Source of the DNA: Octopus sinensis
Lineage: Eukaryota
Reading direction: 5' to 3'
Length of the DNA: 64,000 nt
NCBI RefSeq assembly: GCF_006345805.1
Contig: NC_043014.1
Location: 52,948,001 to 53,012,000 of the forward strand
The notes under the pieces were generated by a model. The model saw nothing but the letters and a program-made list of their open reading frames with translations, made no database searches and was not told the origin of the DNA. Positions 12,190 through 24,381 of the stretch are shown one piece after another. Made by a program: the position numbers and the translations under genes. Every line of letters begins with the position of its first letter. Within the stretch, counting starts at the first letter, position 1.

Positions 12190-13159
12190 TTGTATGTGTG
12201 CATGTGTGTGTGTGTGTGTTGGCATCATGTGGTTGTTGTCCAACAACCCTACAAGATCTGTCATTCATTTCCAGTTTAGCATGAAAAGATGTCTGGATGT
12301 GGGGAAATATTTTGTGGCTTGGAAACGGGGAAGGTTAGTGACAGGAAGAGCATCTGGCTGCAGGAAAAATTTGCCCAAACAAATTTCGTCTGACTCATGC
12401 AAGCATGGAAGGGAAAACATTAGAATAATGATGATATCATTATACAATAATAATGTAAAGAGAATGAAATGCATTCTTTTAATGTTTAATATGACAAAAT
12501 GCATCGAATATTCTCTCAAGCAGTAAAGTATATTGTCTATAAAACTGCAGGTCATCAACATATCACTGTCTGGGCCTCTAGATCTGCCCCAGATCAGTGG
12601 GAACAGGCTCTCCTTGTGAGGGTTTTATATGAGACAAGTTTTGCTACTAATTCAGAACTTCAGGTTTTTCCCTGGACATGACCAATAGCTTGGGGGTGAG
12701 AGGACCAGTGAATGGTGGGAGAGGCTATATATTGTACATTGCTCAGTGAAAAGTACTATCACTACAACCTTGATGCCAAAGTCCCCAATGGCAGAACAAA
12801 GACCTATGTGGGTCACAGGCTGGCTTACCAAAAAGGACAACAGTTACTGAGAGGGTGGACAGCAGTTAGGGCTTCTCTGAAATGAAGCCTGTTGAAACAG
12901 AAACTCTTCCTAGAGGGATTTTATAGCTTCTGTTATTATTTAGGTAACCTAAAGAGCATTGAATGTTGGTTTTCTGAAAGATTAAAAAGCTTAGAGGGAG
13001 TTTCCCACCCCCCTCTGCTGGCAACAAAGAAATTCTTCTTTTAAGGGCAAATGTTATGATAGTGCATGGGTGTGCATTGAAAAAAAAATGTGTGTAAGGT
13101 GGGAAGAAATGTGGTGGACAGGCTCCATTGTTAGATGTTAATAGGAATATTGGCACAGA

Positions 13160-13440
13160 AATGAACCGAGAGAAAACCTGGGAACAAGAGGAATCAGGTG
13201 TAGTGTTTAAGAGATGAGAGACTGTACAGTTACAGACATGTGTTAGGGTAGATGATAGTTGGATGATGGTGTAATAAAAGATGAGAGGAGGAACATGTTG
13301 CAGGGGAGGTCGTTTGAAAATGATGCGAGAAAAAGAGATGAAGGTTGAACATCATCACAGAAATAAGAAGGGACCATAGCAAGTGTGAAGCTGGTGAGGA
13401 ACTGGAGAAGAGCTGCCGAGCTCATGCAAAAACATTGAAA
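13160..13440 (+). mobile_element. Degenerate RTE-LINE ORF 3' remnant
   Basis: ccgagagaaaacctgggaacaagaggaatcaggtgtagtg..gagagactgtacagttacagacatgtg aligns by eye to LREKLD.RSIRCGVQERRLRWYGHV of the 62.7 kb copy. Confidence 0.55.
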
Positions 13441-14312
13441 AAGCGAGGTAAATTGAGGCTGATGAAGGTGTCTGTTTATATGCAGGTGTATGTACACATC
13501 TATATACAGCTATGATATATAAACACACACACACCTGTATCGTAATTAAAGATATATATCAGCAGAAAGGAATTTTGAAAGTTTATAATTGGGAATGGGG
13601 GGAAGGATGGCACAATCTGGAGTCGCAGACAAAAAGGATGGGAATGCTTCAAAGAAAGGGGAGGAGAGAGAGAGAGAGAAAGAGAGAGAGAGAAAGAGAG
13701 AGAAATGATGTAAGCTTTAGGGTTTCTAGAAGAAAAGTCAGAGAGTGATAAAAGAGAATCAATCCATTTAATGAGGGAGAAAGAAAGAGTAAAGAACAAG
13801 ATGAAGGGGGGGGGATCAATAGATTAGCAACACACACACACACACGGACTATATCAACTGATTGTCCCTCTCTTTTACATTTATCTTTCAAAAGATTACA
13901 CTCAATACACACACACACACACACAGAACAGCAACAGATCCCACTCACACACATTCAAACCTACACACACACACACATTCAAACCTCTATAAATATACAT
14001 GAAATTTGTCAGAATTTGTAAATATTTCTATCTTTAGAAGAAAAAAAATTCTTGATGTAAATACTTTCAATTCTGAATCCACAAAAGTTTCCTTATTTTA
14101 TGACATAGTCTAATACCTGTTGGTATTGCAGCATAGCCTTCAAAACTCTTCAAGACCCTAGCATAACCACAATCTAATGATTGAAACAAAATAATCCAAG
14201 CATTAAAGAATGTCGCTAACGTGGCACAAGATCTTCTGAAAGCCAGCAGACCCATTCTCAGGTGAGAAATTCCTCTAAGCTACTTCAGCTCAACATCTGA
14301 CCTGTAGAATGT

Positions 14313-14441
<129 letters not shown>

Positions 14442-15163
14442 AAGTCTTTCCTGGCAAAAAAAAAGTTTCCTGTCAACATCATCATCATCATCATCACCAT
14501 CATCAATTTATTGTCTACTTTCCCATGTTTGTATGAATCAAATAGCAGAAGACACTTGCCCCATGGATTTCCCATCGGGACTGAACCTGAAGCCACAAGC
14601 AAACTTCTTAACCACAACACCATACCACTGGTGGTCATTACAATTGCCAAAAGATGAGGTACCAAGTCTTGAAAGACAGATGGCAACAGATGTGTTCTGC
14701 TCAAAATTACATCAAAATGACCTTATTAACGGATCGCTCATTGAAAGAAGGGCAAGGCCCCTATCCTTTGTGTAGGAGTTGCACTTGGGATTCAGTGTTA
14801 AACCTTGCTACTAAATCCTTTTCCTTTTCTCGTTTTGCTTGTGCCTTGGGTGTAAGTCACACCCCAGTTTTTTGGGGTTTTTTCAGTTAAAAAATCAAGT
14901 ATGAAATAATGAAACCTAAGTGAATAAGGCATCACACAGACACAGAAATCCCTAATCTTTTTTAAAAGGAAACCCACGAAACATTTCATCTTCAGAGAAC
15001 ATCGAGTGGAAACCAGTTCCGTTCTGGAATCACAGTTCCATTAGTTTCAGCCACACAATCAAATTGAAGCTAGTTCTATGTTGTTGTTGTTGTGGCTGTC
15101 GTTGTCAAGGATGCTTTTCTTAGCAACATCCAGTCAGTGTAGATGTCTGTTTTTAGATCTTAC

Positions 15164-15450
15164 CTGTTTGTTCATTGCCAAAGTAATATAGATTGACGAG
15201 AGGATGAGGAGGGTGGTGGCGGTGGTGGTGGAGGCAATGGTTGGGCTAGCTGTGGTGATAGTGGTGGTGGTGGTGGCGATAACAGTGATGGTGGTGGTGG
15301 TGGTGGTGGTTAGAAATAGTTTGTGGTGTCTTCCTCTCGACTAATCCTGTCCTTAATTACAAAACTCGTAGACAACGAAACAGAAGGAAGGAAGGAAGGA
15401 AAGACGGAGAAACAAAAGCAGATTGTTGGGTGGGTTGGAGAGGATGGGAA
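15164..15450 (-). other. Possible 5' UTR/first exon ending in a consensus donor (5' limit unknown)
   Basis: Minus strand ATG AAC AAA CAG|GTAAGA (GT 15163-15162) in a TE-free, (CCA)n/(TCC)n-rich island. It would be phase 0 if MNKQ is translated and has no good acceptor. Confidence 0.25.
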
Positions 15451-15933
15451 CATCACGGATGATGATGAGGGATGAAAAGAGACAAGGAGTGAGAAAGAGA
15501 AGGAAGAGGAGTGGAAACAGAACTGAGAAAGAGAAGAAAGAAGAAAAGCAGATCAAGATGCAGAGAGAGAGAGGGAGAGAGAGAGGGAGAGAGGGAGGGA
15601 GAGAGAGAGGGGGAGAGAGGGAGGGAGAGAGAGAGAGGGAGAAATGGAAAAAATGGGAAAAGGGAAAGATGAGAGAAGAAGAGAGAAAAGCAAAAGAATG
15701 AGAAAAAGAAAAGAAAAAACTGAGTATCACAACTGTCATCATTATTATTATTATTATTATTATTATCATCATCCCTCCTCCTCCTCCTCTCTCCTTCTCG
15801 CATGCAGCCATCTTCATGACAATTATCACCAATTTCTTCTCTTTCTAGCAAAGACTGATCTCATTACAGATATCACACACAACTTTTACCAACAGTGATA
15901 CTATAACACATACCAACCACTGATAAATGTGCA

Positions 15934-15976
<43 letters not shown>

Positions 15977-16140
15977 ACGTGCATGCATGCATGCATAGAA
16001 AGGAAAGAACAGTATTGCACAACGCTGGCTCATACATACACAAGGTTGATAGGTGTACATTGCATACAACACACCTCTCCCATGCACACACACATGCAGC
16101 TAGCAGTTGTCACACACACACACACACTGCCCACACTTAC

Positions 16141-16204
16141 CAGACTCATGCACACACTGCACATCCAGGACTCCCAAGGTCCAACAAACCAGCACCATTC
16201 CCAT
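16141..16204 (-). CDS. Candidate alternative first coding exon (MGMVLVCWTLGVLDVQCVHES + 1 nt)
   Basis: In-frame TAG upstream, ATG at 16204 (second ATG at 16198 in ggaATGG context), 21 open codons, then TCT G|GTAAGT (GT 16140-16139), phase 1. The peptide is hydrophobic and Cys-containing. Confidence 0.35.
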
Positions 16205-17705
16205 TTGCCATTTATCTTTCTATATCGTTTACAGTTCCCTCACTTCTAGATTTTCCGGATTCCTATCATACACTGCATACAGTATCAGACCGGCCTCACA
16301 TGCTGCCCTTCACCAGTGAAATACTGAAAACTGTTGCCCAATTCTCAACTTCACTCATGTCATGATAACCCATTCTACTTTTGAGATTAAAAGAGGATAA
16401 AAACCCAGAACAAGTCCACTCTGATTAAGCTGAGAGGATCAAAAATACTGCAGCCATGCTCATGTCTTGATGCATCCAGAATGACATCACCCAAAGTGAC
16501 CTTCCAGTATTATTAAACTGTCATTATGTGACTTGAACAAGAATTGGTTGCTATTTCTTGCAGAGCAAGTGACTGTGTAGAGGCTCCCTCGTGGAGTGGA
16601 GTTGCACACAACTGCACAGATAACTGTCCTTCATATATCATCATCATTTACTATCTGGCTTCCATCATAGCATGGGTTGAACGCTTCAACAACATTTGAC
16701 AAATCAGGGGACTGCACCAGGCTGCAGTTGTCTATTGGGGCCTGGTTTCCATGGCTGGACGAGGCCCTTCCTAAGACCAACCACTTTACAGAGTGTGGAC
16801 TGGGTGCTTTTTACATGGCACCAACACTGGTGAAACTTGTCCCATAGCTTGTAAGGTTAAGGGCCTAAAGTGACCACTATAACTAAGGAAGAATGGTAGA
16901 GAGAATGGGAAGAGATTCTAGATAGGGAAAATAAGATAAATAGATTTACAGGTGTGACAGGTAGTAGTAGAGAGTTGGTCCCTCTTTGTGAGGGGTTTGG
17001 CAAAGAATGGGGGGAAGGGTGGGTTTGGAAAGAAGATATGAGAGAAAAGGGACAGGGAGGGAGGAGGAATCCTGAGTATGATTAAAGGAAAGGAAGATGT
17101 AGGGGTCAGGGATTTAAGGTTGGGGAAGAGATGAGGAGGAACAAGTGGGTGAGTAGAGGGATAGCAGGGAGAGAGGGTAGCATAGAGGTAGGGGGAGAGG
17201 GAAGAGTAGAGTTTGAATGTAGTGAAAGGACCCCAAATGGGAAGGCAGCAGTGTGAGGAAGGGAGAAAGAGAGCCAGCTGTCAGAGGTGAAGGGGTGGTG
17301 AGGTGGGTTTGGGGGGGGAGCAAACATACATTTATATATACATACATACATCTGTATACATATTTTACAGCTTAAATACTACGGTTGTGTTTGGGTGTGT
17401 TTTTGCCATGGGTAGGTCATCTGGAACCATGCAATATCATCAGTCCTCGCAGTTGCTTATCGTCTCTGCCATGAAATCTAACACCCCCCCCCTCTTACAC
17501 AGGTGTCACTAATTTGGAGCACTTGCCATTTCTATACATAGCAGTCACCCCCCCTCTCCATCAGAGGCTCATACCTGTCCAACTCTCCAATTCTGTTGAC
17601 TGTTCTCTTATTTTTCAAACTGTTTCTGAAAAAAACCAGGCAACACAAAATATCATCAAATTAAGCTAAAACATACACTCTCTCTCTCTCTCTCTCTCTC
17701 TCTCG

Positions 17706-18330
17706 GCAATGACTAGTGACCAAGACCTTTGGAAATATGCTATGCGTGAGAAGATCCGGCAAGACAAGTGAGACCATAACCTCGTGGCCTATGCCAGGGG
17801 TGTACCTTTCCTTCTTTGGACACTAAACTCTGCTTGTGAAGACCTGTTGAGGCAAGTGAAATCTAAATTGAACCAAATTCGATGATTGGCACCCGTGCCA
17901 GTGGAGCGCTAATAGCTCCATCTGAGCAGGATCACTGCCAGAGCAGCTGTCTGGCTTCTGTGCTGGTGGCACGTAAAAAGGACCATTTGAGCATGATCGT
18001 TACCAGCGTCGCCTTACTGGCATTTGTGCCAGTGACATGTGAACAAAACATTTGAATGAGGTCGTTGCCAGTGGTGCTGGACTGACTCCTGTGCAGGTGC
18101 CACGTAAAAAACACCATGTGGGCGTGGCCATTGCCAGTACCGCCAAACTGGCCCTCGTGCTGGTGGCACGTAAAAGCACCCACTACACTTTCGGAGTCGT
18201 TGGCGTCAAGAAGGGCATGCAGCTGTAGAAACTCTGCCAGATCAGCCATCTGGTTTGCCAGTCCTCAGTCAAATTGTCCAAACCATGCTAGCATGGAAAG
18301 CAGACGATAAATGATGATGATGATGATGAT
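17706..18330 (+). mobile_element. 5'-truncated RTE LINE: ORF end plus 3' UTR with ~65-bp tandem units and (GAT)n tail
   Basis: 17706-17771 encodes AMTSDQDLWKYAMREKIRQDK*. About 4.5 copies of a ~65-bp unit follow, then the conserved tail and (GAT)n. Confidence 0.85.
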
Positions 18331-18359
18331 ATACATATATATTCAAATGGAAATTGTAG

Positions 18360-18684
18360 TTGTGATACCCATGCTGGTGGCACATAAAAAGCACCATCCG
18401 AATGTGGCCAATGCCAGCGCCGCCTAGATTGGCTTCTGTGCCGGTGGCACATAAAAAGCACCAATCGATCGTGGCCGTTGCCAGCCTCCCCTGACACCTG
18501 TGCCGGTGGCATGTAAAAAGCACTCACTACACTCATGGAGTGGTTGGTGTTAGGAAGGGTATTCAGCTGTAGAAACACTGTCAGATCAGACTGGAGCCTG
18601 GTGCAGCCTCCTGGCTTCCCAGACCCCGGTCGAACTGTCCAACCCATGCTAGCATGGAAAATGGATGTTAAACGACGATGATGA

Positions 18685-18690
<6 letters not shown>
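18360..18690 (+). mobile_element. RTE-LINE-derived 3' UTR/tail, second copy in tandem
   Basis: ggcacataaaaagcacc units, gtggttggtgttaggaagggt.., aacccatgctagcatggaaaatggatgttaaacgacgatgatg. Confidence 0.85.
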
Positions 18691-18718
<28 letters not shown>

Positions 18719-20436
18719 GATTTTCATTGTTGGGTCTTTCTTGATCCAGAGAAAGAGTGCTCAATACAAACTTAGAACATAATAGTTCAATTAAGCTTGT
18801 CCATTGTTCTGTTACTCTGGCCCTTTCACAGCATACCCCTGCTTCTTCAGATAAATCAGTCAGGGGTTGAATTTGACTGGTTTGAAGGAACCACTAACAT
18901 GTGATATCCATGGTGTAACATGTAAGGGGTCTTGGTATCGAGTCCAACAGTCATTGCTATCACATACAGTTATTAACAGAGCAACCCCCCCTCCACCTCT
19001 CTCATATTCTAATATAGATTCCAAGATGTGTCACCAGGCATTTAACCAATGAGGGAATCTCTGTGGTTACTTGACCTCCTAGAAATAGGAGCTAACCAAG
19101 GAGTTTCTACACAAGGTGATAGAAATAACAGCCAAATCTTCCCTAATTTGCACACTCGACCATCTAAAAGAAATCTCCTTGCTTTTTGTTCTTTTTTAAT
19201 GGGTTACTCTGAGCAGGAAGGGCCACACCCACAACCCTTTCCAGGAATTTGATTCAAATGTCTACAGCAGAATGGACTCTACCAAAAGCAGCCAATTGTC
19301 AGGTGGTGGTGGTGGGGTGGAGGTGGGGGTGTGAAACTTGGCAAGAGGTCAAGGAGGAGATGTGTGAAAAAGACAGGGTGGTCATAATGGGAAACTTTTA
19401 ACCTTAGGTCTACTCGTTTAGGGCTAACCTGGGGGTGGAAAGTCCAAGCAACTCCATCTCTGATGTGAAAGAAAGAGAAAGAGGGAACCTAAATATGGTG
19501 GCTCCAGCTGGTCGGAATAGAAGCCAGATATCTTTCAAATCACACCTTGCTGTTGTTTTAAAAAGAATGGAATAAAACATTGCATGATGTAATCCCAGAT
19601 ACACTGTGACTGAACAACAACAAATAAATGAAAATATAGAATAAAAACATAGAGAAATGGCCACATCCTCGTGTTTGTTCAGGCGTGACCTGATCATAGT
19701 GGATAAGAAGGGAGGGGGAGGAGATGAGGGAAAGAAAGACACCCTCCCTCCCTCCCTCCCACCAAAATCCAGGAAATTGATGAAATAAGTAAAACAAATT
19801 ATACAAAAACAAAAACAAAAAAATTTCCAACATTTCTGAAAGCAGATGAGAAAAGATGTGAGTTGCTGATACAAGTTGTTGTTGTTGTTGTAAATGTTGT
19901 GGTTTTGTGGTGAATAAATAAGAGGAAAGGCTGGGCAGGGTTGGAGAGGTTTCATTCTATGAATAATTCATTCCAACAATATTGGACTTTTCCCACTAAA
20001 TTCCTCTCCGGCTCAGATTTTCTTTCCATTCCATTTCTTGAATTATTATTATTATTTTTTTTTTAAACTTTGGTCAAGTTTTGTCTGCCAGGGTATACTT
20101 GTTTCTTTTTTTTTCTTTTTTTCTTTTTGCTGCTGTCCCCCCCCCCCTCCACCATCACCTCTCAAGTAAATTTATTTATTTATTTGACTTCTGCAGTGAA
20201 ATGCTGCACCGGACTGAGAAGACCTGCCCCAACCCACAACACACATTCATGTGAATGGATGGGGAAATAATGAGAATGATGATGATGATGATGATGATGA
20301 TGGTGGTGGTGGGGAGGACAGTGGTGACTGATGATGACAGCAATGATGATGATGATGATGATGATCTGCATTAAAAATCAAACCCTGAATAAAGATGAAC
20401 CAGCTCCGAACATCTAACAGTTGTTTCTTTGAGTGG

Positions 20437-20470
<34 letters not shown>

Positions 20471-20966
20471 CCAGTGTATTGTACTTGTGTGTGTGTGTGT
20501 GTATTTGTGCATGTGTACAGTATATGCATACATACAATCTGCATATGCATATAAATACACACACACACACCCACCCTTACATATGTGAGGGTGTATTTGT
20601 GAGGTTCAGATCACAGCATGAAATGGAAATACATAAAAAGAAACCAATCAAAAACAAAAAAAAAGGGAAAAAATGAAAGAACAACAAAACAAAACAAAAA
20701 AGTAGAGAAAAGGAAAAAGAAAAGAAAGATGGAAAGGAGGAGAATAATCTCCATATTGGAGAGAGGCTGGAATAACAATGGCAATCAGGACAATCTTGTG
20801 TCCATCTAAGCCAGTCGGTCAACTAATTTGAAGAGATTTACCATTATGTAGAAAAGATGGAAGTGAAAGAGATTGCTTGTCACCAGTCGCTCTCCACTTC
20901 CATCTCTCTCTCTCTCTTTCGAAAATGTCAACAGAATGTTAAGAGAGAGGTAGATATGTCTTTTGT

Positions 20967-21050
20967 CTCAGATTCTATCATGAGCAGCTGGTTTCTAACC
21001 ACGACCAACACCACTCACACACAATTCTCTTTCATCCTGTGTTTGTGTGT
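20967..21050 (+). repeat. Copy 1 of a ~85-bp non-microsatellite direct duplication
   Basis: ctcagattctatcatgagcagctggtttctaaccac...aacaccactcacacaca(a/g)ttctctttcatcctgtgtttgtgtg is also present at 23130-23220. Confidence 0.9.
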
Positions 21051-21205
21051 GCAAAGGTGGCCATCTGTGTGTGTGTGTGTGTGGATAACTTGTTGTGCGT
21101 CTATTTCTCTCTCTCTCTCTCTCAGACTTTCTGCCTATCTGCATCACTCTTCTTTCTCTAGTTCATCCTTTCTCTCTCTCTCTCTCACTCTGCCTGCCTG
21201 CCTGC

Positions 21206-21236
<31 letters not shown>

Positions 21237-21523
21237 ATAAGCAGGAGATGCTTATCTTTAACAGGCTGGAAATGAGAAGCAATTTGACAGGACGGTAATG
21301 GCTTGGTTCTGTTCTGCAGAGAAAAGGCTGGAACCGTATTGATTATGCTTTAAGAGATGGGTGGGGAGTGGGGGGGAGGAAGAAATAACTTGCGGACCGA
21401 TCATGTCCTCAGACATCTTACCGAGTCGGATTTGATTGGCAGCCAATTAGCTAGGTGAATGAGGTGTTAGAAAGGATTGAGGCAGAGTGGATGGAAGGTG
21501 TGGTGCAGAGGTAGAGAAGAACT

Positions 21524-21558
<35 letters not shown>

Positions 21559-21984
21559 GTTGCAACCTGTACATGACAGTGAAATTGAGTGAAGACAATG
21601 GAAGACAGCAGCAGGGAAATTCTAGAAGAATTCACTGACTGCAAATACTTTGTCACACAGTCCACCACCACCACCAACACCAAAAACCACTTTTTCTATC
21701 ATTAACCAACCTAAGTTTATCTTGTTCTTTCTCTCTAAGCATTTCAGAATCTATTTCCAAAGAATATTTTTATTTTTGAGAGTGTGTGTGTGTTTTTTTT
21801 ATATTTAAGAAAAAAATGTTTTTCTCTACCCCATGTTGTTTTCTTTTTGAAAATTTCCAAGACCAATTCTAAGAAAATGGGAGAGATATTCAAAGAATGT
21901 CAGGAAAGATAAAAAAAAAAAGAAAAAAGAAAGAAAGAGAAAGAAACCCCCCCAAAATATATTCAAAGAATGTCCTGGAGGTGT

Positions 21985-22190
21985 AATTATTGGTTTCAAA
22001 TTTTGGCACAAGGCTAGCAAATTTGGGGGCAAGTTGATTAGATCTACCCCAGTGCATAACTGGTACTTATTTTATCAACCCTGGAAGGACAAAAGACAAA
22101 GTCAACTTCAGTTGAATTTGAACTCAGAATGTGAAGACAGACAAAATGCCACCTAGCATCTTATCCAGCTAACAATTCTGCCATCGTTGG
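21985..22190 (-). mobile_element. SINE family 1, reverse orientation
   Basis: ggtttcaaattttggcacaagg..ccccagtgcataactggtacttattttatcaacc..gaatttgaactcag. Confidence 0.8.
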
Positions 22191-23129
22191 AAGGTCTAAC
22201 GAATAGCTTTGTTATTTATTCTGTTACTGAATTCCTCAAAAAGAGAAAAAAACTTGAAATACTTGCCCAAGAAAACAAAAAAACTGATTCTTATGTATAA
22301 GTGTTCATCAACTCAGCATTCCTTGTATTCATTTATTCTTCCACTGGTTTCAGTCATTGTGGCCATGCTGGAGCTCTCCTTTATAATATCCCAGCCAACA
22401 TATCAACCCTGCCATACATTTTATCAACTTCAGAAGAACGATAAACAAAATAAACCTGGTCAAAATTTAAAATCAGAAGAAAGTAAAGAGATCTAACTAA
22501 ACACCACACAGTGTTTTGTCTGATGCTCTACTGATTCTGTTTGACACAGCATGGCTGAATGGTAAAGGCATTTCGTTTGAAATCACAAGGTTCTGGGTTC
22601 AATCCTATGGTATGGCGTTTTAGGGCAAGTGTCCTTGCTCAGAGTCTCAGGTTGAATGAAATTTTGTCAAGTGGACAGCAGCTCCATGGTCAGCACAATC
22701 TCAGATTTGTTTGGATTGTTATTCTGGTGGGAAAGGAGAGAAAATGTTGCCAATCCCTCCAATGGCAACAGACACTGCAATTCCAAATAGACTGCCATGT
22801 ACTGGTATTTGGTTGGGCTCACTGCACATCAGCATAAACAGGTCCAATTTGCCAGGCTTGCAATGGGTCAGGCTGAGTTTATTGAGGCAGATTTCCAAAG
22901 CCGGATGCCTCCTTTCCTGAGACTAACCCTCACCCATTTCCAAGCAAGGTAGCATTTCCCCCATGGCTGAGGCATGTTTTTCAGAAAAAGCTGGGAACAA
23001 ACACCAACGCTTATAGGATGGTGAGGCTCATCTCCACCCATCATGTGATGTCAAGTAAGACCAAGGTACACACACACACATAATAATAATTTTGTAAACA
23101 GGTTCTAATCAAAAGGCAATGTTGGCCTG

Positions 23130-23220
23130 CTCAGATTCTATCATGAGCAGCTGGTTTCTAACCACTACCATGGCAACAACACCACTCACACACAGTTCTC
23201 TTTCATCCTGTGTTTGTGTG
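23130..23220 (+). repeat. Copy 2 of the ~85-bp direct duplication
   Basis: Near-identical to 20967-21050 but with about 7 extra bases, giving ctaccatggcaacaacacc. Confidence 0.9.
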
Positions 23221-24183
23221 CATGTGGAATGGCCAGTGGAATGGCATCGTTAAAAAGCTAAAAAAAACAATGCAAAGCACACTGTGACCAGCAGTGTCTA
23301 ACAACATCCAAGAGTCTGGTTGAGCACAGAATAAATATATATATATATATTGATGTGTGAAAAGCTTCTTTCAGTTTCTATCTAACAAATCCACTCACAA
23401 GGCTTTGGTCAGCCTGGGGCTATAATAGATGCCTGGGCAAGGCGCTACACTGTGGGACTAAACTGAAGACATGTCTGAAAGCAAAAGAAAAAAAAGGTGT
23501 GGGGGTCTTGACAGTAGGATTTGACCAAGGGCTAAACAACTTTACTTCCCAACTTGGGAGCCTTTATTTAGTTGTTTGACCTGTTAGAAATAACAGCTAA
23601 ATTTCCTCCAAATCACGTGCTAGCATCTTAAAAAAAAAAAGAGGAAGCATTTGAATGATAGAATCCTAGATATATGATGCTTGGAACTGAGATGAGTGGT
23701 CAAGGCTGGATTGCATTTGATCACACGTTTGCTCAACCAAAACTAACCTGGGTCTAGATGACAACAACTTCTTCCTCCTTTCCTTGATCCCAGATAGTGG
23801 ACCAGGGCCCTAAATGCTAGGGCTCTCCTTGTGACAAATGAACATATCAAGTTCACTTATAAACTACAAAAGTTTCAGAACCCTTTTATCAGAACAACAT
23901 TCCCCTACTTTTGTGGTTGCTGAAGCTGCTGGAAACAGAAGCCAAATTTCCCTCGAATCATACTCCTTGCATAGAATTTTTTTTTTTAAATGACATCATT
24001 TCTTCTTTTATTTGTTTCAGTCATTAACCTACGGCCATACTGGAGCACTGCTCTGAAGGTTTAGTCAAAGAAATCAATCCCAGTAGTTAATTCAAAATCT
24101 AGCACTTACTCTATCCGTCTGTTTTGTGGAACTGCTAAGTCACAATGATGTAAACAAACCAACACTGATTGTCAAATGATGGT

Positions 24184-24269
24184 TGTGGTGTGCCACAGAT
24201 TAAGTGTGCTGCCACCCAGCAACAAGTGTGGTGTGCCACAGATTAAGTGTGCCACCACCCAGCAACAAG
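24184..24269 (+). repeat. 43-bp tandem duplication (2 units)
   Basis: tgtggtgtgccacagattaagtgtgc(tg/ca)ccacccagcaacaag at 24184-24226 and 24227-24269, 2 mismatches. Confidence 0.95.
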
Positions 24270-24339
24270 TTCTGCTGCCGTCCACTTATTGTCCTTCCAA
24301 GCAATTTCCATCACAAGGATTGGGTGAAATGATACTTAC

Positions 24340-24381
24340 CTGAGATATTGCAAAGTGCGATGGTTAAAAGGAACCAGATGA
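24340..24381 (-). CDS. Candidate 42-nt symmetric cassette microexon
   Basis: ccccttttcacAG|TCATCTGG...ATCTCAG|GTAAGTAT; perfect donor, length divisible by 3, open in phase 1 (xIWFLLTIALCNIS) and phase 2. Confidence 0.3.

Noticed and set aside
14186-14261. Plus-strand helical-looking peptide IIQALKNVANVAQDLLKASRPIL ending at CAG|GTGAGA
   Set aside because: No pyrimidine-rich acceptor or in-frame ATG, stops lie immediately upstream, and no partner plus-strand exons were found.
17885-18185. CRISPR-like appearance of regularly spaced semi-palindromic units (also 27.9 and 30.2 kb)
   Set aside because: The whole unit is repeated with no unique spacers, the context is eukaryotic with no cas genes, and it is embedded in an RTE 3' UTR.
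24332-24342. ATACTTACCTG, the U1 snRNA 5' end
   Set aside because: The match stops after 11 nt with no U1 stem-loops or Sm site. It is simply the reverse complement of a perfect splice donor.
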